DNA of 64,000 nucleotides. Source: an uncultured Pelagibacteraceae bacterium (GTDB lineage: Bacteria; Pseudomonadota; Alphaproteobacteria; Pelagibacterales; AG-422-B15). The stretch covers positions 17,123 to 81,122 of the forward strand of contig CACKXV010000001.1 in the NCBI GenBank assembly GCA_902604225.1, written 5' to 3'. The notes beneath the pieces are model-generated. The model was not told where the DNA came from. It ran no database searches and saw nothing but the letters and a program-made list of their open reading frames with translations. Numbering within the stretch: the first letter of the stretch is position 1; each line of letters opens with the position of its first letter. A program made the position numbers and the translations under genes. Below, in pieces: positions 42,840 through 52,136 of this stretch.

Positions 42840-43474
42840 TCGAAATTTCTCAATTGAGAAAGCTTTTTAAAGGGCCTGAAATAATATCACACAAATATTT
42901 TGACCAACTAACTGATGATTTGATTACAAGAGCGCATCATCCGTTAGCAAAACTTAAAAAAAAAAGTTTCAATTTGATACCGTCTGCAGTTCTAGTGCCT
43001 ATTATTTATGAAGAAGATAATATAAAGATATTACTTACAAAAAGACCTACAAACCTTAAAGATCATGCAGGTCAAATAAGTTTTCCAGGAGGTAAAATTG
43101 AGACAGGCGATTTAACTCCTATAGAAACCTCTCTCAGAGAAGCATCTGAGGAAGTTGGGCTTTCTAGAGAACAAGTTGAAGTACTTGGAAATCTTGATGT
43201 TTACGTAACTGGAACTGGGTTCAGAATATTACCAATTGTTTCTGTAATTAAAGACTTTTCATCACTAAAAATTAATAAAAGTGAAGTAGATGAAATTTTT
43301 TATCTACCTTTAGAATTTCTTATGAATAAAAATAACCATCAAGAGGAAAGTGCAACCTATAGTCATGGCAATGAAAAATATGATTATGTTTATAGTGTTT
43401 TACCTTATGAAAACTATAAAATTTGGGGTGCGACAGCCGGAATGTTAATAAATCTTTATCAAATTTTAAAATGA
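42836..43474 (+). CDS. Nudix hydrolase, CoA pyrophosphatase type (NudL-like)
   Basis: 212 aa with the Nudix box GGKIETGDLTPIETSLREASEEVGL, preceded by LLTKR...HAGQISFPGG. Confidence 0.8.
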   Translation: MIEISQLRKLFKGPEIISHKYFDQLTDDLITRAHHPLAKLKKKSFNLIPSAVLVPIIYEEDNIKILLTKRPTNLKDHAGQISFPGGKIETGDLTPIETSLREASEEVGLSREQVEVLGNLDVYVTGTGFRILPIVSVIKDFSSLKINKSEVDEIFYLPLEFLMNKNNHQEESATYSHGNEKYDYVYSVLPYENYKIWGATAGMLINLYQILK

Positions 43475-43492
43475 TATAAACATGCCTTTGTT

Positions 43493-44725
43493 ATGAATAA
43501 TTATTCTTCACTAATTTCAATCGAAGAAGTTAATCAAATATTTAAAATATTTGAGGGTTTTCAAAAGAACAGTATTTTTTTGGTAGGCGGCTGTATCAGA
43601 GATTCAATTTTGCAAAAAAATGTTACTGACATTGACTTTGCAACATCTCTGAATCCCGATGAAACAACTAACTTGCTCGATCAATATAATATTCAGTTTG
43701 TGGATGTAGGTAAAAAATATGGCACTGTCACAGCGATTATAAATAAAAAAAAATATGAGATTACATCTTTTAGAAAAGATATTTCAACTGATGGCAGACA
43801 TGCAACAGTTACATTTACTAATAATATGAAGCTAGACGCTCAAAGAAGAGATTTTACTTTTAATGCACTATATGTTGATGGTGATGGAGAAATATTTGAT
43901 TTCTATAATGGTCAAGAGGATTTGAAGAAAGGAAATGTGAATTTTATTGGAGAACCAAATGAAAGAATTAAAGAAGATTATCTTAGGATTCTTCGATACT
44001 TTCGCTTCCTCGCATTTTTTGAAAATAGCGATATTGATCCTGACTTGCAAAAAATCTTTACGGCCAATCATGCTCACTTAGCAAATATCTCTAATGAACG
44101 GAAATGGTATGAATTTAAAGAACTTTTGAAATTAAAAACACCTCATAATTCACTTCATATGATGGAGAGTGTAGGAATATTAAAAACTCATTTTGAAGGA
44201 GCCTTACTGGATGAGAATTTTAAAAACTTAATCGAAATTGAATCAAGAATCGGTGCCACTCCCAATCCAATAATTAGGTTAAGTACACTAATCGGAAGTT
44301 CGCTTGAAAAAACAAACAATTTTATCAATGCTTTTCCACTTTCTAAGGCGGACTCAACAGAGTTACTGAAATTATCAAGCTTAAATAAAAAAATTGTTTC
44401 ATACCTCTCAATGAAAGAAGTTCGTTACTTATTGTATAAGCTTGGTAAAAGTGAGTTTCAAAATCAGATAATCATAAATTGGTCCCGAGATACTCAAAAT
44501 AAGAACGAAGTTAACTGGAGATCTTTATACGAGGTAGCAAATAATTGGACCAAACCCAATTTTGAAATTTCATCTAAAGATGTTATTAACATGGGTATAG
44601 AACCTGGGCCAATGGTTGGGAGAATAATGTCAGAAGTTGAAGATTGGTGGGCTGAAAATGACTTTATCGATGACAAGTTTTCTCTTATCGAGCGCTTGAA
44701 AGCTATTGTTCAGGCTCAAAAGTAA
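43493..44725 (+). CDS. cca: CCA tRNA nucleotidyltransferase (class II poly(A) polymerase family)
   Basis: 410 aa with GGCIRDSIL...DIDFAT, RKD and RRDFTFNALY motifs. Confidence 0.85.
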   Translation: MNNYSSLISIEEVNQIFKIFEGFQKNSIFLVGGCIRDSILQKNVTDIDFATSLNPDETTNLLDQYNIQFVDVGKKYGTVTAIINKKKYEITSFRKDISTDGRHATVTFTNNMKLDAQRRDFTFNALYVDGDGEIFDFYNGQEDLKKGNVNFIGEPNERIKEDYLRILRYFRFLAFFENSDIDPDLQKIFTANHAHLANISNERKWYEFKELLKLKTPHNSLHMMESVGILKTHFEGALLDENFKNLIEIESRIGATPNPIIRLSTLIGSSLEKTNNFINAFPLSKADSTELLKLSSLNKKIVSYLSMKEVRYLLYKLGKSEFQNQIIINWSRDTQNKNEVNWRSLYEVANNWTKPNFEISSKDVINMGIEPGPMVGRIMSEVEDWWAENDFIDDKFSLIERLKAIVQAQK

Positions 44726-44733
44726 AAAATTTT

Positions 44734-45213
44734 TTATTTGAATTCAATTTTTTTTATATCGTAATTTTTTTCACCTTTTGGTGTTGTCACAGTAACAAAA
44801 TCTCCTTTTTCTTTTCCAATGAGCGCTCTGGCAACTGGTGATTTATACGACAATAAGCCTGACTCGATGTCTGCTTCATCATCGCCAACAATTTGGAATT
44901 TAGTTTTAGATTCATCATCTAGATCAGATAGTTCAACGGTTGCACCAAAAACAATAGTCTTCTGAGTTTTTGGAATATTATCAAGATTTATTATTTCAGC
45001 ATTTGCAAGCATCAGTTGAATTTCTTGAATACGTCCTTCGATATGGCCTTGCTCTTCCTTGGCTGCGTGATACTCAGCATTTTCTTTTAGGTCACCATGC
45101 TCCCTAGCTTCAGCTATTGCTTGAATGACCTTTTGACGCTTATTGTTAATAAGATCATTTAATTCATCTTGAAGTTTTTTTGCACCTTTTACTGTAATTG
45201 GCTCTGTTTCCAT
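44734..45213 (-). CDS. greA: transcription elongation factor GreA
   Basis: 159 aa with AREHGDLKENAEYHAAKEEQ and a C-terminal FKBP-like domain. Confidence 0.95.
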   Translation of the reverse strand: METEPITVKGAKKLQDELNDLINNKRQKVIQAIAEAREHGDLKENAEYHAAKEEQGHIEGRIQEIQLMLANAEIINLDNIPKTQKTIVFGATVELSDLDDESKTKFQIVGDDEADIESGLLSYKSPVARALIGKEKGDFVTVTTPKGEKNYDIKKIEFK

Positions 45214-45219
45214 TTCAAT

Positions 45220-46023
45220 TTACTTCCACTTTGCGTTTGGTGGCATAGACATTAATATCGCATCAATATTACCGCCACTATTAAGTCCAAATTTAGTTCC
45301 ACGGTCGTATAAGAGATTATATTCTACGTATCGGCCTCGTTTCAACAACTGAATTTCTTTCTGTTTTTTTGTGAATTTTTCAAACATTTTTCTGCGGACA
45401 ATTTCTTTTACAATTTCTACGAAGGTTAATCCTATATCTTTAACAAAATTAAAATCATTATTCCAATCATCCATTTTATAATCAAAGAAAATACCACCGA
45501 TACCTCTTATCTCTTTTCTATGCGGCAGATAAAAATACTCATCACACCATTTTTTATATTTAGGATAATAATTCTTACTGTGCTTATCACATGTATTTTT
45601 TAGTTTGGAGTGAAAGTTCTTTTTTAATATTTTGTCTTCTAAGCATGGTGTAGCATCAATTCCTCCCCCAAACCAACTTTTGCTGGTAATAATATGTCGT
45701 GTATTAAAGTGCAGTGCAGGAACTTTTGGATTCACTGGATGAAGTACTACTGAAACACCTGATGACCAAAAATTATTATTTTTTTTAGTGCCAGGTATTT
45801 GCTTTGCAAAGTCTTTTGGAAATTTCCCGATAACATTTGAAAATGCAACACCGCCTTTTTCAATTACATTACCTTCAATAATTCTATACTCTCCCTTTGA
45901 CCATTTATTTTTTTTGAACTTAGCAGTTGATCCATACTCTTTTTCAAGTTCAAGAACTGCATCACATATTAAATTTTGAAGTTCTATAAACCAGGCTTTA
46001 CAAATCTTTTTATTCTTTTTCAT
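45220..46023 (-). CDS. hemF: oxygen-dependent coproporphyrinogen III oxidase
   Basis: 267 aa with VVLHPVNPKVPALHFNTRHI, WFGGGIDATP and RGIGGIFFD motifs. Confidence 0.9.
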   Translation of the reverse strand: MKKNKKICKAWFIELQNLICDAVLELEKEYGSTAKFKKNKWSKGEYRIIEGNVIEKGGVAFSNVIGKFPKDFAKQIPGTKKNNNFWSSGVSVVLHPVNPKVPALHFNTRHIITSKSWFGGGIDATPCLEDKILKKNFHSKLKNTCDKHSKNYYPKYKKWCDEYFYLPHRKEIRGIGGIFFDYKMDDWNNDFNFVKDIGLTFVEIVKEIVRRKMFEKFTKKQKEIQLLKRGRYVEYNLLYDRGTKFGLNSGGNIDAILMSMPPNAKWK

Positions 46024-46024
46024 A

Positions 46025-46468
46025 CTATATTGTTTTTAACTGCCTTATGGCTTCAGAAATTACTATCGCAGATGATGTGGCTACATTGAGTGATCTAGCA
46101 CCTGCTTTCATGCTAATCTTAATCACCTCGTCTACTTGTTGATGAACGTATTCCGGCACACCCGCACTCTCTCTACCCACAATTAAATTGTCTGACTGAT
46201 TAAAGATATAATCATAATGAGATTTACTTCCTTTTGTTGAAAGCAATATTTTTCTTCCATTTCTTTTTGTCATATAATCTGTCCAATCATCAAACTCACT
46301 TATCTTCACATTTTTTATATAGTCCATTGCAACACGATTTAGCGATTTTTCTGACAAGACAAATGAAGTGGGATGAATAATATCTATGTTCACATCAAAA
46401 CATGAGCAAATACGAATCATAGCACCAGTATTTTGAGGAATATCAGGTTCAAATATCGCCAAATTCAA
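46025..46468 (-). CDS. trmL: tRNA (cytidine/uridine-2'-O)-methyltransferase TrmL (SpoU family)
   Basis: 147 aa with IFEPDIPQNTGAMIRIC and GRESAGVP...SLNVATSSAI. The start codon is TTG. Confidence 0.85.
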   Translation of the reverse strand: MNLAIFEPDIPQNTGAMIRICSCFDVNIDIIHPTSFVLSEKSLNRVAMDYIKNVKISEFDDWTDYMTKRNGRKILLSTKGSKSHYDYIFNQSDNLIVGRESAGVPEYVHQQVDEVIKISMKAGARSLNVATSSAIVISEAIRQLKTI

Positions 46469-46504
46469 TTTAAAATTTACCCTTCTCGATTTTCAGAGAA
46501 ATAT

Positions 46505-46519
46505 GCGTCATCTTGACCC
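46505..46519. promoter_or_regulatory. GCGTC-N5-GACCC, a degenerate copy of the cox-upstream motif, upstream of petA
   Basis: Read directly from the sequence. It shares the 7-mer TGCGTCA with the cox site and lies about 90 nt upstream of the petA TTG start. Confidence 0.3.
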
Positions 46520-46534
46520 AATTTATCCAACAAT

Positions 46535-46569
46535 TGCTTATTTTATTTCGCATAAAAATGCTTATTTTA
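46535..46569 (+). repeat. direct repeat of the 11-mer TGCTTATTTTA (46535-46545 and 46559-46569)
   Basis: Read directly from the sequence. The copies are 24 bp apart, between the GCGTC motif and the petA start. Confidence 0.5.
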
Positions 46570-46603
46570 GAGTATATTAGCAATTAAATATTGGGAAGAT
46601 AAT

Positions 46604-47113
46604 TTGTCGGACAAACCTGTTACAAGAAGAAATTTTTTGTACATTACAACTGGAACATTTACTGCCGCTGGGGCTGCTTCATTGGTATGGCCTTTTGTGG
46701 ATCAAATGAACCCAGATGCATCAGTAAAAGCATTGGCTTCTACGGAAGTTGACTTAAGACCTATTGCGCCTGGCCAAAGTATTACGGTTTTGTGGAGAGG
46801 TAAGCCTGTTTTTATCAGAAGAAGAACACCTGAGGAGATATCAGAAGCTAAAGCTGTATCTCTAGATGAATTACCGGATCCTCAAGATGACTCAGCTAGG
46901 GCTAAAAACCCAGAGTGGCTGGTAATGGTGGGAATATGTACCCATTTGGGATGTATACCACTTGGTCAAAAGGGTGAATATAATGGGTGGTTCTGCCCAT
47001 GTCATGGTTCACACTATGATACATCAGGAAGAATAAGAAAGGGTCCAGCCCCTACCAATTTGGAAATTCCTGACTATGTATTTCTTAATGATAACACGAT
47101 TAAAATTGGATAG
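46604..47113 (+). CDS. petA: ubiquinol-cytochrome c reductase Rieske iron-sulfur subunit
   Basis: 169 aa with a Tat-like RRNFLY and Rieske boxes CTHLGC and CPCHGSHYD. The start codon is TTG, preceded by GGGAAG. Confidence 0.95.
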   Translation: MSDKPVTRRNFLYITTGTFTAAGAASLVWPFVDQMNPDASVKALASTEVDLRPIAPGQSITVLWRGKPVFIRRRTPEEISEAKAVSLDELPDPQDDSARAKNPEWLVMVGICTHLGCIPLGQKGEYNGWFCPCHGSHYDTSGRIRKGPAPTNLEIPDYVFLNDNTIKIG

Positions 47114-47118
47114 ATAAT

Positions 47119-48372
47119 ATGAGCGATAATTACGTACCAAAGTCAGCAGTTGGAAAATGGTTTAATGAGAGGTTACCCTTACTTGACCTAATTTATGGAC
47201 ACTTAATGCCATACCCAACTCCAAAGAACTTAAACTATTTTTGGACGTTCGGTGGAATTTTGACGTTTTGCTTAGTAACGCAAATTATAACCGGCTTAGT
47301 GCTTGCTATGCACTATGTTGCTGATGCAGACTTAGCCTTTGCTAGCGTTGAACACATAATGCGCGATGTAAACTATGGGTGGTTGTTAAGATATATTCAT
47401 GCAAATGGTGCATCTCTATTTTTTATGGCTGTTTACATTCACATGGCTAGATCTATGTTTTATGGTTCTTATAAAGAACCACGAGAACTTATTTGGATTA
47501 TAGGTGTATTTATATTCCTACTTATGATCGCCACTGCATTTATGGGATACGTTTTGCCCTGGGGTCAAATGAGTTTTTGGGGCGCTACTGTGATAACCAA
47601 CCTATTTAGTGCAATACCGATTGTTGGAGAGTCAGTGACTAATTGGTTATGGGGTGGTTATGCTGTAGGCAGTCCGTTGTTGACAAGGTTCTTTACCTTA
47701 CACTATTTAATGCCTTTTCTTATCTTTGCATTGGTAATTCTTCATGTTTGGGCCCTTCACGTTCCAGGAAACAATAACCCTGAGGGGATCGATGTTGTTA
47801 AAGGATCTCAGGATACAGTTCCATTTCATCCACACTATGTTGTGAAAGATTTATTTGCACTTGTTGTATTTTTAATCATTTTTGCTGGGTTTGTATTTTT
47901 TGTACCAAACCTCCTGGGACATACTGATAATTATATTCAAGCTAATCCACTTCAAACACCCGAGCATATTGTTCCCGAGTGGTATTTTTTACCTTTCTAT
48001 GCAATCTTAAGGGCTGTGCCAGACAAGCTTGGCGGAGTAATTTTAATGGTATCGGCCATTGCCATACTTGCTTTCTTGCCATGGCTAGATACTTCAAAAG
48101 TAAGGTCAGCAAAATATAGACCTCTTTACAAACAGTTCGTCTGGCTCTTCTTTGCAAACACTATTTTTCTTGGCTACTTAGGAGCGCAAGTAGCAGATGG
48201 TATGTATTTAATTATGGGTAGAATTGCCACTGTATATTACTTTGCTCACTTTATAATAATTTTGCCATTACTAGGGTACATCGAGAAAACCAAGCCTCTT
48301 CCTAAAAGCTTGAGCGAACCTGTTTTGTCAAAAAAGGAAAAAGAAATTCTTGCCTCAGGAGCAACTACATAA
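47119..48372 (+). CDS. petB: cytochrome b
   Basis: 417 aa with [23 protein letters not shown] and PEWYFLP motifs. Confidence 0.96.
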   Translation: MSDNYVPKSAVGKWFNERLPLLDLIYGHLMPYPTPKNLNYFWTFGGILTFCLVTQIITGLVLAMHYVADADLAFASVEHIMRDVNYGWLLRYIHANGASLFFMAVYIHMARSMFYGSYKEPRELIWIIGVFIFLLMIATAFMGYVLPWGQMSFWGATVITNLFSAIPIVGESVTNWLWGGYAVGSPLLTRFFTLHYLMPFLIFALVILHVWALHVPGNNNPEGIDVVKGSQDTVPFHPHYVVKDLFALVVFLIIFAGFVFFVPNLLGHTDNYIQANPLQTPEHIVPEWYFLPFYAILRAVPDKLGGVILMVSAIAILAFLPWLDTSKVRSAKYRPLYKQFVWLFFANTIFLGYLGAQVADGMYLIMGRIATVYYFAHFIIILPLLGYIEKTKPLPKSLSEPVLSKKEKEILASGATT

Positions 48373-48377
48373 GTTAA

Positions 48378-49151
48378 ATGCAATATTTATCAAAAATATT
48401 AATTTTAATTTTCTTACACATTGCCTTATTTCAGATTACTGTCCAAGCAGCAGAAATGAAAGAGCCTTTACATCCTGAATGGTCATTCGAGGGACCATTG
48501 GGTAAATTTGAGAGAGCTTCATTACAAAGAGGATACCAGGTTTATACAGAAGTGTGTTCTGGTTGTCATTCAATGGAATTATTAAGTTATAGAAACTTAA
48601 TGGAAGAGGGTGGTCCCGAGTTCTCTGAAGCCCAAGTGAAAGCCATGGCAGCCGCATTTGAGGTAAAGGGCGCTCCAGATGAGTATGGCGACGTAGTTAT
48701 GCGACCAGCTATTTTGTCAGACAAATTTGTCAGTCCCTATGAGAATGAACAACAGGGAAGAGCAGCTAACGGTGGAGCATATCCTCCAGATCTATCTGTA
48801 ATGGTTAAAGCAAGACATGGTGGAGCAGATTATGTTTATTCATTACTGCTTGGATATGAAGATGCTCCTGAGGGCATGGTTCTTGATGATGGTGTCTACT
48901 ACAATATTTACGCAAAGGGGCAAAAGATTGCAATGCCGCAACTACTTTCAGCTGATGCTGTTGAGTATAGCGACGGTACGGATGCAACTCCTGAACAAAT
49001 GGCTAGAGACGTTACTATGTTTTTGACATGGACAGCAGAACCTAAATTGGAGGCGCGTAAGAGAATCGGTTTTAAAGTCATAACGTATCTATTAATACTT
49101 TCATTCTTGCTTTACTTTACTAATAAGCAAATTTGGAAAGAGTCACATTAG
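48378..49151 (+). CDS. petC: cytochrome c1
   Basis: 257 aa with a signal peptide, the heme site CSGCHS, PPDLS and a C-terminal TM anchor. Confidence 0.9.
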   Translation: MQYLSKILILIFLHIALFQITVQAAEMKEPLHPEWSFEGPLGKFERASLQRGYQVYTEVCSGCHSMELLSYRNLMEEGGPEFSEAQVKAMAAAFEVKGAPDEYGDVVMRPAILSDKFVSPYENEQQGRAANGGAYPPDLSVMVKARHGGADYVYSLLLGYEDAPEGMVLDDGVYYNIYAKGQKIAMPQLLSADAVEYSDGTDATPEQMARDVTMFLTWTAEPKLEARKRIGFKVITYLLILSFLLYFTNKQIWKESH

Positions 49152-49219
49152 TATAATTATAAAAACTCTCATTATTTCAATAATTTAATTTTTTTCTTTA
49201 TAGTAGATTGTCAGCATCG

Positions 49220-49237
49220 TTATCCACAAGTAGATAA
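49220..49237. promoter_or_regulatory. TTATCCAC-AA-GTAGATAA palindrome containing a perfect DnaA-box 9-mer (TTATCCACA, 49220-49228)
   Basis: Read directly from the sequence, in the 150-nt petC/permease spacer. The arms are inverted repeats with one mismatch. Confidence 0.35.
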
Positions 49238-49301
49238 AATCTGTCTCGAAAACCATTTTTAATTATTATAGGATTCAAAGTTAACTACATGGAGGAACTT
49301 A

Positions 49302-50594
49302 ATGTTAGAAAATATTTTTAAATTGAATGAAAATGGAACGAGCGTAAGAACAGAAATTCTTGCTGGACTCGCTACATTTTTAACAATGGCTTATATCATT
49401 GTTGTTAACCCAGCAATTTTATCAACTGATGGTACAGGCATGGATTTTGGTGGTGTATTTGTTGCAACCATAATCGCAGCTGTTGTTGGTTGTCTGGTTA
49501 TGGGATTATGGGCTAATTGGCCAATAGCACTTGCACCAGGAATGGGACTAAATGCATTCTTTGCTTTCGGCGTTGTATTTGGGATGGGTTACACCTATCA
49601 GCAAGCACTTGCTGCAGTATTTGTTGCAGGTATTGCATTCCTTATATTATCTATAACACCTGCTCGTCAGTGGATTATTAATAGTATACCCGTTAGCATG
49701 AAATTTGGAGTGGGAGCTGGAATTGGATTATTCCTAGCCATCATCGGTCTAAAGAATGCAGGAATAGTTGTTGATAGCCCAGCTACTCTAGTAACGCTTG
49801 GTGATGTTGCATCTATGCCTGTTATGTTAGCTGCTGTTGGTTTTGGAATAATGGCAGTATTAGATAAAAGAGGAATACCTGGATCAATAATCATTGGTAT
49901 TTTGGCTGTAAGTCTTATTGCATGGATCACAGGTGTTAGTGCAATTGACGGTGTAGTTGGATCTGTACCACCAGCCGTGCATGCTTTCTCAATGGATTTT
50001 AGTTTGTTAGCTACTGCAGGATTTATTGGTGTTGCCTTTGCTTTTCTTTTTGTTGATTTTTTTGATACCGCAGGAACACTAACTTCCGTAGCCAATCTAA
50101 CTGGTAAAGTTGATAAAGAAGGGAATGTTGATGGCATTGGTAAAGCTGTCTTGGCAGACTCCGCGGCAACGACGGTTGGCGCATTAGTGGGAACATCAAA
50201 TACAACTTCTTACATTGAATCAGGAGCGGGGATAAAAGAGGGCGGCAAAACTGGTCTAACAGCTGTAACTGTTGCAGTTTTATTTGCTATTTGTTTATTT
50301 TTGGCACCATTGGCTCAAAGTATTCCTGCATTTGCTACAGCTCCTGCATTAGTATTTGTTGCAACTTTCTTCCTTAGAAACTTGAGGGATATCGAATGGG
50401 ATGATGTTACAGAATACGCACCAGCTGTGCTGGCTGCGATCTTAATGCCATTAACTTTCAGTATAGCTCATGGAATAGCATTAGGTTTTATTGCTTATGT
50501 GATAATAAAAGCCTTAAGTGGTAGGCAATCAGATCTTAATGCTGGATCAATTGTAATAGGATTACTTTCGTTCTTATACTATATCTTCTTGTAA
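49302..50594 (+). CDS. NCS2/AzgA-family purine (adenine/guanine/hypoxanthine) permease
   Basis: 430 aa polytopic protein. The N-terminus is GTSVRTEILAGLATFLTMAYIIVVNP, typical of the AzgA/PbuG type. A GGAGG Shine-Dalgarno sequence lies 6 nt before the ATG. Confidence 0.86.
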   Translation: MLENIFKLNENGTSVRTEILAGLATFLTMAYIIVVNPAILSTDGTGMDFGGVFVATIIAAVVGCLVMGLWANWPIALAPGMGLNAFFAFGVVFGMGYTYQQALAAVFVAGIAFLILSITPARQWIINSIPVSMKFGVGAGIGLFLAIIGLKNAGIVVDSPATLVTLGDVASMPVMLAAVGFGIMAVLDKRGIPGSIIIGILAVSLIAWITGVSAIDGVVGSVPPAVHAFSMDFSLLATAGFIGVAFAFLFVDFFDTAGTLTSVANLTGKVDKEGNVDGIGKAVLADSAATTVGALVGTSNTTSYIESGAGIKEGGKTGLTAVTVAVLFAICLFLAPLAQSIPAFATAPALVFVATFFLRNLRDIEWDDVTEYAPAVLAAILMPLTFSIAHGIALGFIAYVIIKALSGRQSDLNAGSIVIGLLSFLYYIFL

Positions 50595-50597
50595 GAT

Positions 50598-51044
50598 TTA
50601 ATGATTGGCTTTGTCTTCCTCATCCCAGGGGAAGACGGGCCAAGTTTCCTGAGTAATTTCTTCAACATACGTATTAGCTAGCGGTAAACCTCTTGGCTTT
50701 GCATAAATTACTGCTAGATGCATATTAGGCATGTATTCTTTTAATGCTTTTGCTGTCCCACCTTTATCTACAATATCATCAATCACGAGCACTATTTCAT
50801 CAGTTTTCGGAGCGCGATGAACAATTGCCTTTCCAGCCTCCCGATGAATATAACTTTGTATAGATACGATATCTACGTCCTGTATTCCTAGAGTGTAAGC
50901 AACAACAGCAGCAGGTACAAAACCTCCCCTGGAGACAACAACCATTTTATCGAAGTTAATATTTTTACTTTTGATTAAGTATCCAAGTTTTACAGCTTTC
51001 TCATGCATTTCCTCATAAGTCGGGAATACTAATTTATGTTCCAT
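50598..51044 (-). CDS. gpt: xanthine-guanine phosphoribosyltransferase
   Basis: 148 aa. VVSRGGFVPAAV, LVIDDIVDKGGTA and the C-terminal TWPVFPWD are collinear with E. coli Gpt as I recall it. Confidence 0.86.
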   Translation of the reverse strand: MEHKLVFPTYEEMHEKAVKLGYLIKSKNINFDKMVVVSRGGFVPAAVVAYTLGIQDVDIVSIQSYIHREAGKAIVHRAPKTDEIVLVIDDIVDKGGTAKALKEYMPNMHLAVIYAKPRGLPLANTYVEEITQETWPVFPWDEEDKANH

Positions 51045-51046
51045 AT

Positions 51047-52135
51047 CTAATTATTAAATAAAAAATGCATAACATCACCATCTTGTACAGTATATTCTTT
51101 ACCTTCGCTACGCATCTTTCCTTGTTCCTTCGCTTTTATTTCACCCATACAGGCAATGTAATCATTATACGCAATAGTTTCAGCTCGAATAAAGCCTTTT
51201 TCAAAATCAGTATGAATCTTTCCTGCAGCCTGTGGTGCTGTTGTACCGAATTCTATGGTCCACGCCCTTGTTTCTTGCTCCCCTGCTGTAAAATAAGTAA
51301 TTAAATTAAGTGTTTTGTAGCCGCTACGAATGATTTTATTCAAACCCGACTCCTCTAATCCTAAGCTCTGTACATACTCCTTTTGATCTTCATCACTTAA
51401 TGAAGAAATCTGGGACTCTATTTCTGCAGAAATAAGAATAATTTCATTGCTAAAACTATTTTTAATTTTTTCTGTGAGTTCATTCCCACCTATAATTGAC
51501 TCTTCACTAACATTACACACATAGATTGTTGGTTTAAAGGTAATTAAATTAAACTCCGACGAATTTGATTTTATCTCAGCTAAATTTTCAATTGTAATTG
51601 CTGGCTCACCTTTCCCAAGATGGTTAAGTAACTTTTCCGCTGCTGAGATTTTTATTTTTGCGTCTTTATCACCTTTTTTAGCTTGTTTTTCGAGACCAGA
51701 TTTTAATTTTTCTAGTAGTTCAATATCGGATAAAACTAATTCAGTGTTTATTGTTTCAATATCATCCAAGGGGTCAATTTTATTACTTACGTGTGTTATA
51801 TTGTCATCTTCAAAGCACCTAACCACGTGTATGATTGCATCAACCTCTCTTATATGTGATAAGAATTTATTTCCTAATCCTTCACCCTTTGATGCACCTT
51901 TAACAAGTCCAGCTATATCAAAAAATGTCAGTGAGGTAGGTATAGTTTTTTTAGATTTTGCTATTTCAGTTAGAGTATAAACTCTTTCATCAGGAACGAT
52001 TACAGTTCCTTCATTTGGTTCTATTGTACAAAAGGGATAGTTGGCGGCTTCAGCAGAAATTTTCTTGGTAAGAGCATTAAATAAAGTTGATTTTCCAACA
52101 TTAGGTAGTCCAACAATTCCACATTTAAATCCCAT
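51047..52135 (-). CDS. ychF: redox-regulated ATPase YchF
   Basis: 362 aa with GIVGLPNVGKSTLFNALT, DIAGLVKGAS and a C-terminal TGS-like domain. Confidence 0.95.
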   Translation of the reverse strand: MGFKCGIVGLPNVGKSTLFNALTKKISAEAANYPFCTIEPNEGTVIVPDERVYTLTEIAKSKKTIPTSLTFFDIAGLVKGASKGEGLGNKFLSHIREVDAIIHVVRCFEDDNITHVSNKIDPLDDIETINTELVLSDIELLEKLKSGLEKQAKKGDKDAKIKISAAEKLLNHLGKGEPAITIENLAEIKSNSSEFNLITFKPTIYVCNVSEESIIGGNELTEKIKNSFSNEIILISAEIESQISSLSDEDQKEYVQSLGLEESGLNKIIRSGYKTLNLITYFTAGEQETRAWTIEFGTTAPQAAGKIHTDFEKGFIRAETIAYNDYIACMGEIKAKEQGKMRSEGKEYTVQDGDVMHFLFNN

Positions 52136-52136
52136 A

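Noticed and set aside
49220-49228. Replication origin, inferred from the perfect DnaA box.
   Set aside because: It is a single strong box in a 150-bp spacer between petC and a permease. I see no cluster of boxes, no A/T-rich unwinding repeats distinct from background, and no typical alphaproteobacterial ori neighbours such as hemE, parAB or dnaA.
49152-49301. Purine (guanine/adenine) riboswitch in the permease leader.
   Set aside because: There is a TATAAT near the 5' end. I cannot find the conserved three-way-junction elements (P1 pairing, the J2-3 UUUCUACC-like segment, the J3-1 CCGUAAAU-like segment) or any G+C-supported P2/P3 helices. An Rfam scan would be decisive.
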